A stretch of 64,000 nt of DNA, from the IMG/VR virus record IMGVR_UViG_3300005253_000946. One strand, given 5' to 3'. How positions within the stretch are numbered: position 1 is the first letter of the stretch; each line of letters opens with the position of its first letter. The DNA comes from a virus. A program made the translations under genes and the position numbers. The notes beneath the pieces are model-generated. The model was not told the DNA's origin. It worked only from the letters and a program-made list of their open reading frames with translations, and made no database searches. Shown here piece by piece: positions 55,056-64,000 of the stretch.

Positions 55056-55276
55056 TAGATATATTGCTCCAGTTCTTTATCGTGTATAAGCCACATAGGA
55101 AGTTCTATCCACTTTTCGTCTTCTTCGTGATGAGAAATTAATGATTTAGGTATCCACACTTCTCTCTCATCTATAAGGAATAGTTTAGCGTCAGGGGTCT
55201 AGTGGAGGAAATCATCGTAGTAGACACAGCATATTTCGTCTTCATTCACAAAATCGGGATCGTTATCATAAACCAC
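55055..55276 (-). pseudogene. 74-codon gene interrupted by an in-frame TAG (55201-55199)
   Basis: AAGGA RBS plus GTG start; reads VVYDNDPDFVNEDEICCVYYDDFLH*TPDAKLFLIDEREVWIPKSLI...LPMWLIHDKELEQYI; final TAA overlaps the next ATG. Confidence 0.6.
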
Positions 55277-55278
55277 AG

Positions 55279-55470
55279 CTATTCCTTTTGTGTACAGAGT
55301 CCGTCTTCTATAAACCTTTCAGCCATTCTGCCATAACTACCTTGTAGCTTCCATACCAGTCCCGAATCAATCAGCTTCTGGAAGCCATTTACGATTTCTG
55401 AGTGTTCGAGATAACCATCTTCATATCTTATTATAAATTCGATGTGATCGAATGATTGTTCTGTATCCAC
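55279..55470 (-). CDS. conserved small phage protein
   Basis: FQKLIDSGLVWKLQGSYGRMA motif. Confidence 0.7.
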   Translation of the reverse strand: MDTEQSFDHIEFIIRYEDGYLEHSEIVNGFQKLIDSGLVWKLQGSYGRMAERFIEDGLCTQKE

Positions 55471-55668
55471 TTCAAGTTCCTTTAGTTAGAGGAGCGGTAC
55501 GAGGACAGAATACGCTAAGTAAACTATCCCCGTACCACAAAAAGAGAAGGAGTGAGTATGCCCAGACGCTAGGAGCATCTTTCAAATCAAGGAGGAACAT
55601 ACTCACTCGGCGGCTGTTGTTCAGGTATTATGGGACCTACGTCACCTGCCGCTGGACGTTAATCTGTA

Positions 55669-56247
55669 TTAACCCATAAATCCCTCTTGAAAGCTAGAGC
55701 GTTGTTGTTTGTAGAAGTGTTCTAACTCCCTTATAACATATTCAGCGTACTCTTTAGAGAATTCTTTAGCTAGTTGATGTTCGAGATCACAAAGAGTTAA
55801 ATACATAGCATCTCCTGATAAGAACTGTCTTCCTAACACAGCAGCGAACATCTGCAGTTCTTTAGATAGAGGAGGGAACTTACGTTCTATATCGTCGTAA
55901 TCTATCTCAGGTGGTCTACGGCCCTCAGCGATGTCCTTACGGTGTGTGTTACCTATATTAGCGCAACAACCTTCACCGGCATACAGCTCTTTACGGTAAT
56001 TCTCTCCTAGTTTGCCTGGGAGCTGCATTAACCTACACACGTACTTGGTTTGACTCTCATCCCAGGCTAATCCAGGACATCTGGTATGGTTACCGTAAGC
56101 ACGTAGAGACGCTTCACAAGGAGCTTTTTTACAACAGAATCCACTACCTATACACGGAGTGACATACATTATTCGAAAAGCGACAGGAGCAAGAATACAA
56201 AACCTACTACCCCAGACACCACAGACAGTATAAAGATCATATCCCAA
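55669..56247 (-). CDS. Cys-cluster protein
   Basis: CIGSGFCCKKAPC...CPGL...CRL...GEGCC. Confidence 0.6.
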   Translation of the reverse strand: MGYDLYTVCGVWGSRFCILAPVAFRIMYVTPCIGSGFCCKKAPCEASLRAYGNHTRCPGLAWDESQTKYVCRLMQLPGKLGENYRKELYAGEGCCANIGNTHRKDIAEGRRPPEIDYDDIERKFPPLSKELQMFAAVLGRQFLSGDAMYLTLCDLEHQLAKEFSKEYAEYVIRELEHFYKQQRSSFQEGFMG

Positions 56248-56262
56248 AAATCAGCTCGTTGG

Positions 56263-56565
56263 CTATTTTCGTCTTGGTTCGGCATCTCTTTCTCCTTGTA
56301 AATATTCTTCGGTGACTACTAGTATTTCGCCAGACTTTAACAACTCGGCAGCTTGTTTAAGAGATTCAGTTGTTCCGTATTCAGATTCATGGTGACCACC
56401 ATCTCCGTGAATATTAGCTAAAATATTAGATATAGGGTTTGCTGCTTCTTTATCGTCGACTCTACCTCTTTCAAGTGCAGTAGCGATCCGCTCTAACGCA
56501 TTAGCTATTTTAGGAGCAGTGCCTTCATAGAATCTCTTACCTATTACCGTTTGAAAAAATTCCAT
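56263..56565 (-). CDS. hypothetical protein
   Basis: 100-aa coupled ORF. Confidence 0.6.
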   Translation of the reverse strand: MEFFQTVIGKRFYEGTAPKIANALERIATALERGRVDDKEAANPISNILANIHGDGGHHESEYGTTESLKQAAELLKSGEILVVTEEYLQGERDAEPRRK

Positions 56566-56906
56566 TACCTATTCTCCCTAAACAAAGGTTTAAGACATTC
56601 AGCTCTCTGCATCGGATCTTGTATCTCTGCACAAGTCTCTCTTAAAGCCTTAGCGTTATCTTCTGCTTCTGTCCCAAGTGGACCAAAGCAATACACGCAG
56701 CTATGAGCACAGGCTAGTATAAATATAGCTATGCCGATTATACTCCACATCTCTGATGTTGCTGCCCAGGCTTCTACTCTAACTACTCGTGGTTTCTTTT
56801 CTTTTTCTTCAGACATAGGGGAGTTCCTTTTCCATGGTTTATTGTTGCAGCTAGGACAAATGAAACCTAGTTTCAAAGGACAAGTACACCATTTATCGTT
56901 ATCCAT
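56565..56906 (-). CDS. putative membrane protein
   Basis: WSIIGIAIFILACAHSCVYCF helix. Confidence 0.55.
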   Translation of the reverse strand: MDNDKWCTCPLKLGFICPSCNNKPWKRNSPMSEEKEKKPRVVRVEAWAATSEMWSIIGIAIFILACAHSCVYCFGPLGTEAEDNAKALRETCAEIQDPMQRAECLKPLFRENR

Positions 56907-57178
56907 TATAGTCCCAACTCCTTCGTTCGTTCGATTGTTTTTAGTCTTCTTAATTCACACCATTCATAGGCAGCTTCCCACATCTTCTGCTCACAGGTAG
57001 CACACATAGTATATGAGGGGCCTTTACCCTCTCCCATATAGACAGGCCTAAAGTTAAGAATAATCTTCTTACTGGTAAAGTCGCTATTATCCAACTTCTT
57101 ACCACAAAGTTCACAGTTACCTTCATCTAACAGCTTATCTAATTTATCGAATAAGCGTCCTAGGAATCTTTTTCGCAT
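56906..57178 (-). CDS. small Zn-binding protein
   Basis: CELC...CATC. Confidence 0.55.
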   Translation of the reverse strand: MRKRFLGRLFDKLDKLLDEGNCELCGKKLDNSDFTSKKIILNFRPVYMGEGKGPSYTMCATCEQKMWEAAYEWCELRRLKTIERTKELGL

Positions 57179-57453
57179 TACAGCAGCTGGCCCTTCCTAC
57201 GCATAAGGAAGTACACGCCAGGACCAAACTCAGACTCAGATGCACTAAGTATATGACAGTGTACACACGTACCGTCTCCAGTACATTCACGGTAATCAGC
57301 CTGCCTACGTAGGAGCCAGTTATAATAACGTGCCTTACTACGACGATACCAATTGTATACTTTTGTTATATACTGGATAATAGGTAAGATTTGAGCAGCA
57401 TCTTCGACTGTAAACTCTGTTTTGTAGTACCCAATAGATTTATCCACAACCAC
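57178..57453 (-). CDS. hypothetical protein
   Basis: 91-aa coupled ORF. Confidence 0.5.
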   Translation of the reverse strand: MVVDKSIGYYKTEFTVEDAAQILPIIQYITKVYNWYRRSKARYYNWLLRRQADYRECTGDGTCVHCHILSASESEFGPGVYFLMRRKGQLL

Positions 57454-57958
57454 ACTCCAGATCTTCCATAGTACATTTAAACTCTATCATCTGTTTCTTA
57501 CGTACCTCATCAGTTGTACATTTAAGGCCTTGAGACATACGCCAAAGTTTACCTTTAGTAGGGAAGTCCCAACCCATCTTTTCACAGATCGCCTTTAGAA
57601 TAGGAGCACCATAATTCTGGTAAGAGATCTCTTTGTTTTTTATCTTATAGACGAGATCATCTTTACCTAATAACCACATCCACTCTGTCATCTTTTCTAT
57701 AGTACGGCTGGCGGAAAGGCTTCGGTGGTTTTTTGCTTTTCTTTTGCCATAGTCTTCCATATAAGTCTTAGCTTCAGCTTCAACACCGTCTAAGGGTAGT
57801 GGGTAATCTTTCCAGTTTTGTTCTGAAGCATCCTCTTTTAAGAAGGCTTTAGCGTTATCCCAATCTAAGTAAGGTAATAACACATCCAGTTCAAATCCTA
57901 AAAAGGAGTCTTCTTTAATTTTGTTGATACGATCAACTATCTCTTGTTGTGTTTTCAT
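57440..57958 (-). CDS. conserved phage hypothetical protein
   Basis: 172 aa with GGAGG RBS; KAKNHRSLSASRTIEKMTEWMWLLG. Confidence 0.65.
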   Translation of the reverse strand: MKTQQEIVDRINKIKEDSFLGFELDVLLPYLDWDNAKAFLKEDASEQNWKDYPLPLDGVEAEAKTYMEDYGKRKAKNHRSLSASRTIEKMTEWMWLLGKDDLVYKIKNKEISYQNYGAPILKAICEKMGWDFPTKGKLWRMSQGLKCTTDEVRKKQMIEFKCTMEDLECGCG

Positions 57959-58297
57959 AATAAAAACCTCCTACACACCTTATAACTGTTTTTGGTCTAA
58001 GTTTTCTTACCCTCTTCTGATTTAGTGTTGTGTTCTGTGTTTAGGATCATCAAACATTTACCTTTGAATTCCTTAGTTTTAGAAGACAGAGTAGTTCTTT
58101 TTGTAGGACTTATACCTAGAGGTATATCTATCTTCACATTTGCGTAACCATCACCCATGTCATACATAAATCTAGTTCATCCATCAGACACTGTTCGTCT
58201 GCGGCAGTGTACCTACCATACCACTCACCTGAATCTACCTTCTCGAATAGAGACGCACCTACGTTTCTAGTGAGTAGCTTTTCGAAATGTTTAGGCA

Positions 58298-58753
58298 TCA
58301 ATAACTCCTTAATGTTTTGCTACTTCCTATACCACTTATAGGGTCTAAAAAATCACCCCAATGTAGAATCTTTCCTTCCTTATCTAATTGTTTTACTGCT
58401 TTTACTAGAGGCGAATATTCTTCTGAATCTTTTTCCATAAATTGTTGTTCTATATCCCTACAGCTATAACATATGGAGTAAAGAACCAAAGCCTCTGTAA
58501 TCTTGTCTCGTACTTCATTAGCGCCCTTCCCCTCCTTGTGGTATAAAAGACTCACTGTTCCCCTACCTTCTTTATCTTGACCACAAAGCATACATTGATT
58601 ACTTACTGAGGCTACAGATGCGACTATTACCTCTATATACACCCAGGTTAAGATTACTGGGGTATCTCCATCAAACATACCTTCTTTCTTAATCTGTATA
58701 AGTTCTTTTCTGAGTTCAGTTTTTACTTTTTTAAGATCACTCGATTTAATCAT
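58298..58753 (-). CDS. hypothetical Zn-binding protein
   Basis: CMLC...CYSC. Confidence 0.55.
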   Translation of the reverse strand: MIKSSDLKKVKTELRKELIQIKKEGMFDGDTPVILTWVYIEVIVASVASVSNQCMLCGQDKEGRGTVSLLYHKEGKGANEVRDKITEALVLYSICYSCRDIEQQFMEKDSEEYSPLVKAVKQLDKEGKILHWGDFLDPISGIGSSKTLRSY

Positions 58754-59874
58754 TCTCTTGATACCTCCTCTTCAGTAGGTTTAACTTTTATAACGTACTG
58801 TTTTTTAGACTCTCGTAGGTATCTACCTCTGGTATGGGGTTCGATCCAAATCAGTTTGTGTTGTGACCATCTAATGCCACAAGCTTGCCATCGGCCATGA
58901 CCTCGAACACGAGTTTGGACTGTAATCTTTATACCAGTTTTTTCAGAAGGTTTATTAACCTCTTCCTCTGTTTTAGGTCCTACTATGATGTAAGAAGGTC
59001 TTACGTTGTGAAGCTTTCTCTCAAGCTTTTTACGCTTCCCGGAGCTTTTAGCCCGTTTCAACTTCTTTCTAATCTCTACTTCGTCATTAAAGACCTTCAT
59101 CATGTCTGGAGTTTTAGAGGTTAGGTACAGGCACGTATTCAAGACGAACCTGAACATTTCTTTGGTCCGCTCATAATTCGGACCCATGATATTATTTGCT
59201 TCGTTCTTGTACTTCGCTAGAAAAGCTTTTAAGCACTCGTCTGCTGTAGGCTTGTTTAGTACGATATAGAACCAAGTTACAGCGTCGTCTATGACTTCAT
59301 CTCTTATAGTGCCCCCAGCTAGCTCTACGATTTTTCTAGCGCTCTTTTCTTCACCAACTCCACAGATATACATCCTTCTATCTTCTTTGGGCTGATCTGG
59401 TGGTAAACACACATAGATACCAGTTAAGTTGTGTTCACCAGATAGTTGGTTCCATATCTGCATAATAGGTGGAGCTGATATATAGAAGAATTCGAAGGGT
59501 GTCTTTATTGACTCTGTAGGCACCTTATTGAGTTTAGTATATAGCAGTCTGTCAGCCATTTCAGGTAGTATATGGAAGATACCTTTACCGGCTTTCTGTA
59601 AACCCCACATTTGATACATAATATGTAGAGAGGCTACAATAGATGCCGCATCATAAGATACCTCGTCCTCTTCAGATAATCCATAGAGGTTAAACATTCT
59701 CCCAGTGAGTTCTCCTACAGCTTTTGTATTTAAAACATCGGTAAATGTAGGAAATTTCTTACCACATTCTTTGGCAGCTCTATCCATCAATTTCATCGAT
59801 GCCTTTGCAGTAGTAGATCGACTCATCTTCTCGAAGTGAGTAAGCTTTACTTGATGTTTCATCAGCCTGTCCAT
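58750..59874 (-). CDS. hypothetical protein with basic C-terminal VRGHxR...WIEPH motif
   Basis: 374 aa; RVRGHGRWQACG...KLIWIEPHTRG. Confidence 0.65.
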   Translation of the reverse strand: MDRLMKHQVKLTHFEKMSRSTTAKASMKLMDRAAKECGKKFPTFTDVLNTKAVGELTGRMFNLYGLSEEDEVSYDAASIVASLHIMYQMWGLQKAGKGIFHILPEMADRLLYTKLNKVPTESIKTPFEFFYISAPPIMQIWNQLSGEHNLTGIYVCLPPDQPKEDRRMYICGVGEEKSARKIVELAGGTIRDEVIDDAVTWFYIVLNKPTADECLKAFLAKYKNEANNIMGPNYERTKEMFRFVLNTCLYLTSKTPDMMKVFNDEVEIRKKLKRAKSSGKRKKLERKLHNVRPSYIIVGPKTEEEVNKPSEKTGIKITVQTRVRGHGRWQACGIRWSQHKLIWIEPHTRGRYLRESKKQYVIKVKPTEEEVSRE

Positions 59875-60113
59875 TCTATGTCGACAGAAATCTCGCCGTC
59901 TGCGACTTTACATGTACCGCCTTCAATTACGTCACGGCCTAAAAACTTCCCACCTTTAAGTTGAGGGTTGTCATTTAATACCTTTTTAGTGAGTATGATT
60001 TGATTTGGTGTAAAGCCTCTTTCGGCTAGAGACTTCATAGCATCGATTACGTCAGAAACATTAAAATTCAATATATCCATGCCTGGTGTTAATTCCTCGT
60101 ATAGGTCTCTCAT
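59862..60113 (-). CDS. hypothetical protein
   Basis: 83-aa ORF with GGAG RBS. Confidence 0.55.
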   Translation of the reverse strand: MRDLYEELTPGMDILNFNVSDVIDAMKSLAERGFTPNQIILTKKVLNDNPQLKGGKFLGRDVIEGGTCKVADGEISVDIEWTG

Positions 60114-60173
60114 GCTTGCTCCTCGATGGCTAAAGGGGTGTTCCCCCTTGTTTGTGTTACGTGAGTACTTATT

Positions 60174-60437
60174 CTAGTACTCACGTCTTCCTGCTCCTAC
60201 GAATGCGCCGATGATATCTTTGGTAACATCAACGATGGCTTCACGATTTGCAGCACGCTCTTCCCGCTCAATAGTTTCTATTTCACGGTTGTGGCGACGC
60301 CGTTCGGACACTTCCGATTTTAATATTTTAGTTTGCTTTTCGTCTTCCGTTAACTCCTCGTGAAAGGACACAGAGACTTCACCAAAATCGACTCGTTCAC
60401 TTGCCTTAGTGTCATTCAAGTGTGCTTTTCTACTCAT
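60174..60437 (-). CDS. hypothetical protein
   Basis: 87 aa; AGGAGGAG RBS; downstream of promoter motif copy 3. Confidence 0.6.
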   Translation of the reverse strand: MSRKAHLNDTKASERVDFGEVSVSFHEELTEDEKQTKILKSEVSERRRHNREIETIEREERAANREAIVDVTKDIIGAFVGAGRREY

Positions 60438-60462
60438 AATAATCTCCTCCTAGTAAAAGGAT

Positions 60463-60501
60463 GTGGGTTGTAGTTTTTGCCTTCATAAATCTTATGGCAC
60501 T
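60463..60501 (-). promoter_or_regulatory. conserved promoter/leader motif, copy 3 (AGTGCCATAAGATTTATGAAGGCAAAAACTACAACCCAC)
   Basis: Matches copies 1, 2 and 4. Confidence 0.55.
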
Positions 60502-60662
60502 AATTAGCCGATTATTTCACTAATAGCTAAGGGATTTTACTCCCTTTTGACCCACGCCCGTAGGCGAGGCCAGACACGTAGATAGCACCAGTACACGACC
60601 GCCGCCGCCATAAATACCAGTACTTCGAAACACGCTGCTAGTAAGATTTCCACGATGGTCTC

Positions 60663-60899
60663 CTAACTGTCTAAGTATGCGACGCCGTTTATTGTGAATT
60701 GCTTGACTCCATCTATAAAGACGGAGAATTTGTTATTCGCTACTTTGTCGCACACTGCTTTGAATTCTCTTTCGACGTCTTCGACTACAGCGTGTATAAT
60801 GGTCTCAGACGAATTTCTAGTTTCCCTAATCATTAATTTGACCGTATCCGCGTCCTTAACCACACTGCTGAGTACTTCTAGGCCTGTCATTAGTTTCAT
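60663..60899 (-). CDS. hypothetical protein
   Basis: Likely start ATG 60899 after AAGGAG (track 60935). Confidence 0.55.
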   Translation of the reverse strand: MKLMTGLEVLSSVVKDADTVKLMIRETRNSSETIIHAVVEDVEREFKAVCDKVANNKFSVFIDGVKQFTINGVAYLDS

Positions 60900-60916
60900 T
60901 GTTAGTCTCCTTAGAA

Positions 60917-60949
60917 TGAGTGTTTTTGCCTTCACTATTCTTATACCAC
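60917..60949 (-). promoter_or_regulatory. conserved promoter/leader motif, copy 4 (GTGGTATAAGAATAGTGAAGGCAAAAACACTCA)
   Basis: ATAAGAATAGTGAAGGCAAA core identical to copy 2. Confidence 0.6.
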
Positions 60950-60972
60950 GTAAGTGCTTGTTATTTCAGGGC

Positions 60973-61007
60973 AAAAAGAAAGACACCTACTAGAGGTGTC
61001 TTTCTTT
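60973..61007 (-). terminator. Rho-independent terminator
   Basis: Perfect 14-bp stem AAAGAAAGACACCT / AGGTGTCTTTCTTT with 5-nt loop. Confidence 0.7.
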
Positions 61008-61028
61008 CAAACTACGCATAGTAGTTCA

Positions 61029-61310
61029 CTATCTTTGTGCGTCAGCGTATCTCCTTAAAGGGCTGGGTAGTGAATAAGTAGTGATGAATACATCTGCTTG
61101 CTCGGTAAATACATAGATCTGGTGTCCATAGAGTAGAACTTTCTTTGGTTCACCACTAGAGTCTCTCATTCGATCTTCTATATATCTTTTGAGCCTTCCT
61201 TTCAGATCTTTCACACTTTTTCCTTGTTCTAATACCTTTCTCAGCAGGTTTTCTGAGTAGGTTCCTATACGTTGACGCATCCTCTTTTTACCGTGATGCG
61301 TGACTTTCAT
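61029..61310 (-). CDS. small protein, possible RelE/DUF4258-like RNase fold
   Basis: MKVTHHGKKRMRQR...VFITTY pattern. Confidence 0.45.
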   Translation of the reverse strand: MKVTHHGKKRMRQRIGTYSENLLRKVLEQGKSVKDLKGRLKRYIEDRMRDSSGEPKKVLLYGHQIYVFTEQADVFITTYSLPSPLRRYADAQR

Positions 61311-61426
61311 TTGAGTTTACTCCTTTCTAAAGAGCTGTTCTTTTGTCTCTATTAATCTTATACCACTTTAACACAGGGTATTTCGGTATTGAAGTGCAGA
61401 CTACTCTATGTTAGTTTTATATTTCA

Positions 61427-62233
61427 ATGGATAGCCAAAAAAATGTGGAGGAGTATGCGTTAGAACTAGTGCGTGCTCAGTCCTTTAGGGACGAACTTTC
61501 TGTTATACGGGATAGAGGTTTAGACAAAGAAGCCTCTATAGCTGCTGAACTCTTGTCGACAGTGGCAAATATGGGTCCAGAAGCTATTGCAGCACTAACA
61601 GCTACTGCAGCTGCTGCTAAAGCTTATGCCTATACTCACAGTGCTTTATGGGCCACCAATGCGTTTCAGCGGTACGGTTCTAACTTTAAATTGATCAGAA
61701 AGATGCACGCTGGTTTGGGGGGTATAGCTTACCGAGCTGGTAGAGAAGGTATGCCTTTAGGAAAGGTTATTAAGATTCCAGGTATTCTTACAGGCAACAT
61801 TAAAAACCCAATCAAGATGGTTAAAACTGAATCAACTTTTGCTGGCCATATAGCTGGAACCTTTTTAACTCCAGATCTAGTCAAAGGATTGAAGTGGGCA
61901 CATAAAGCAGGAGCAGCTTCTCGTTATATACCTAAAGCGATAGCTCCAGATAAAATTGCAAAGTTAATTACATCTAATGAGTTTATCAAGAAGAGGATGC
62001 CTGCTAGTGTATTAGAGGCTGCTCAATACATCCCACAAGGTAAGGGTGGAGCTACAGGTAGAGCATTGGGTTATGCTTTTACGAGGCCTGTTAAAGGTAT
62101 AGCTGAAGATGTAGTAAACAAAAAAGCTATTAAGAAGCTCGTAGAGATAGGTAATACTCCTGTAAGTCAGTTAGGCAAATACCTCAAGCCGAAAACTAAG
62201 ATACAGAAGATCAAAGAGATTCTGACGGAGTAG
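61427..62233 (+). CDS. isolated leader-bearing putative virion protein (QSFRDEL...LDKEAS)
   Basis: Same leader as the 5.9-27.2 kb family but alone on the + strand within the accessory block. Confidence 0.6.
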   Translation: MDSQKNVEEYALELVRAQSFRDELSVIRDRGLDKEASIAAELLSTVANMGPEAIAALTATAAAAKAYAYTHSALWATNAFQRYGSNFKLIRKMHAGLGGIAYRAGREGMPLGKVIKIPGILTGNIKNPIKMVKTESTFAGHIAGTFLTPDLVKGLKWAHKAGAASRYIPKAIAPDKIAKLITSNEFIKKRMPASVLEAAQYIPQGKGGATGRALGYAFTRPVKGIAEDVVNKKAIKKLVEIGNTPVSQLGKYLKPKTKIQKIKEILTE

Positions 62234-62435
62234 TTTCAGACAATTTACAGGCTATAGAGTGTATACACAGCCCAACAAACATTCCTAAAAAACCCCATCC
62301 AGGCGACATATATTCCCAGTTGTCTTTAGCGAACTGTACAAAAGCCTCTAAGCCCATCCAGTCTTGTATGAAGGTATACAGACTCACGGTAAAGACGAAT
62401 CCACCTACAAACGAGGTCCGAAGTAGATACTTCAT
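62211..62435 (-). CDS. small two-helix membrane protein
   Basis: Two hydrophobic segments. Confidence 0.55.
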   Translation of the reverse strand: MKYLLRTSFVGGFVFTVSLYTFIQDWMGLEAFVQFAKDNWEYMSPGWGFLGMFVGLCIHSIACKLSETTPSESL

Positions 62436-62600
62436 TGAACAGCCTTTGTTATGTCTCGTCTTACTCGGTTCAGTGTTTTAGGTATCTGCATCGCTCGCTC
62501 GTGTAACCTACGCCAGTACTGGATTTTCTTCTGTAGCAATACCCATATACTATAGGTAGTAGCTCCAAGTAAGAACGCTAAAGCAAGTTTTACAGCCATG

Positions 62601-62984
62601 TTATCCTCCACATTTGATGCAAGACCATTTAAGGGTTTTTGTGTTTAGTCGAACTATATTTCGAGTTTTATTCTTAGTTTTGTAAACTCTCTCTTCTCCG
62701 ACTCCTATATACAGTTTACCTTTAGTAGCACAATTTGGACATGCAACTTTTTTGTTATTTAAGTCTGCTCTCCCCTGTACGCTTTTATGTATAGCTTCAG
62801 CTATTGTTTTACCTTTAAAGGTCTTACCTACTTCAGGGGTCTTCTTCATACTGATCCCGTAATGAAATACAGCAGTTTTAGGGTTGAACCAGAGTATAGG
62901 ATGTAATTCAGATACAGAGTCTGCCTCTATACGATTGTAAGTAGATAGCGCCGCTTTAATACGCAACTGCCTTCTGTCAGACAT
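62601..62984 (-). CDS. hypothetical protein with Zn-ribbon
   Basis: CPNC...CIKC. Confidence 0.6.
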   Translation of the reverse strand: MSDRRQLRIKAALSTYNRIEADSVSELHPILWFNPKTAVFHYGISMKKTPEVGKTFKGKTIAEAIHKSVQGRADLNNKKVACPNCATKGKLYIGVGEERVYKTKNKTRNIVRLNTKTLKWSCIKCGG

Positions 62985-62994
62985 AAGATTTCCT

Positions 62995-63027
62995 TTAAAA
63001 AAACGGGGGCATTGACGACCCCCGTTG
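62995..63027 (-). terminator. Rho-independent terminator
   Basis: AACGGGG / CCCCGTT stem with an A-run on the + strand (U-tract on the - strand). Confidence 0.55.
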
Positions 63028-63070
63028 GAATATTTTGCGGTTCAAGGACCGCACCCGTTCTCGATGAGGA

Positions 63071-63544
63071 CTACTTATCTACAGTTTTGACCCGCTTATT
63101 AAGTTTAGTGTCTGATACTGGTTTTTGGCCCATCATACCAGCTGCACCTAAAGGAACTTCCTGTATAATCTCTTCTTCTCCTGAAGCTGTTTCAGTGATC
63201 TCCTGTGGTGCATCTGCTTCTAGAACAACTGCTTCATGTTTAGCGGCCGGTTCGGGGATCGGTTGTATTGGCCAACCATATTTAGCTTCTCTAGCAGACA
63301 TTCTTTTCTGAGAGTCTTCAGCGATAGCCTCAGCCATCTCAAAGTTTAATTCTTCAGGGTTGTCGTATATTTTACCTTCTGGGGTATGTCGGTAGTCGAT
63401 AAACCCTAAAAAGATTAACTCACCCTTCTCGTTGCGTGTAAGGGCTATCTCGGTACCCATAGCGTGGGCTGCAAGCCTGTTGATCTCTTGTAGCATTCCG
63501 CTACTTACAACTTCTTGTAGTGATATTTTTCTGAGAACTGACAT
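63071..63544 (-). CDS. hypothetical protein
   Basis: 157-aa ORF with GGAG RBS. Confidence 0.6.
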   Translation of the reverse strand: MSVLRKISLQEVVSSGMLQEINRLAAHAMGTEIALTRNEKGELIFLGFIDYRHTPEGKIYDNPEELNFEMAEAIAEDSQKRMSAREAKYGWPIQPIPEPAAKHEAVVLEADAPQEITETASGEEEIIQEVPLGAAGMMGQKPVSDTKLNKRVKTVDK

Positions 63545-63556
63545 GTATATTTCTCC

Positions 63557-63889
63557 TTATGAGTTAGCGGCATGACTAGCCGCTTCTTGCTTCGTTTTAA
63601 ATTTAGCTGTTGGTTTTGCTAGTGGGCCTTTTGCTTTTACTATGAATGGGAATGATGGGTCTGTAACGTCTAGCTCGACGATAAATCCTCTAACCATCTG
63701 ATTATTTTTAAACACATCCCAGGTTTCAGGATTTGAGTTGAAACGTTTCTTTGTAGTAGCAATAAAAGAAGGGGTTTGACCAAGAACAGTATCGACTTGC
63801 TGTACAGACATATTAGACTCCTTAGTTAACGTCGGAAGACTTTCTAACTGAGAATAAAGCTCTATCAGTAACTTGTCTAGCGAACTCAA
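63557..63889 (-). CDS. hypothetical protein
   Basis: 110-aa ORF. Confidence 0.5.
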   Translation of the reverse strand: MSSLDKLLIELYSQLESLPTLTKESNMSVQQVDTVLGQTPSFIATTKKRFNSNPETWDVFKNNQMVRGFIVELDVTDPSFPFIVKAKGPLAKPTAKFKTKQEAASHAANS

Positions 63890-64000
63890 ACACGTTTGGG
63901 TTATTCATCTCTAAATTAGCAAGATATTTTTGAAGATTCTCGTCAGTATCGTCGGCATTATCTACGTTTACGATTACCTTATCGACAACAGCTGGTGGTA

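Noticed and set aside
1722-63311. Numerous antisense or overlapping ORFs in the track (e.g. 4196..4504, 10975..11439, 16771..17217, 51653..52129, 63012..63311)
   Set aside because: They shadow better-supported genes, lack RBSs and show no recognisable motifs.
1-64000. CRISPR array or mini-array
   Set aside because: No repeat of about 23-47 bp with unique spacers was seen; the repeats found are iteron-like 12-mers, gene duplications or promoter motifs.
1-64000. Genome-wide TAG or TGA recoding
   Set aside because: Long genes are intact in the standard code and several end in TAG or TGA with tight coupling to the next gene (e.g. 23772, 33901, 55279); only one in-frame TAG was found.

Overview
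64-kb fragment of a large, AT-rich, contractile-tailed dsDNA bacteriophage (myovirus-like Caudoviricetes, standard genetic code, Shine-Dalgarno RBSs, sigma70-like promoters). No integrase, host genes or CRISPR array were seen. Positions 1-27.2 kb are a mostly + strand packaging/morphogenesis block: terminase large subunit, an HTH initiator gene with internal iteron-like repeats, HK97/assemblin-type prohead protease, scaffold-like proteins, decoration protein, major capsid protein, neck, tail completion, sheath and tube. Portal, tape-measure and baseplate genes were not recognised in this window. Positions 27.3-64 kb are a mostly - strand accessory block of about 75 small ORFs with dcd, thyX, an XRE/sigma70-region-4 fusion, tRNA-Arg(UCU) and a few + strand islands. 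The most striking unexplained structure is a shared K-x-A(S/A) motif system. It recurs in the protease, scaffolds and capsid protein, and ends an N-terminal leader (F-x-x-E-L-x-K-x-A or ADYLLKEA) on about 15 basic, glycine-zipper-rich proteins. I infer this is a capsid-targeting and proteolytic-maturation system for a large family of internal virion cargo proteins. Family assignments come from visual motif recognition only; no database searches were run.
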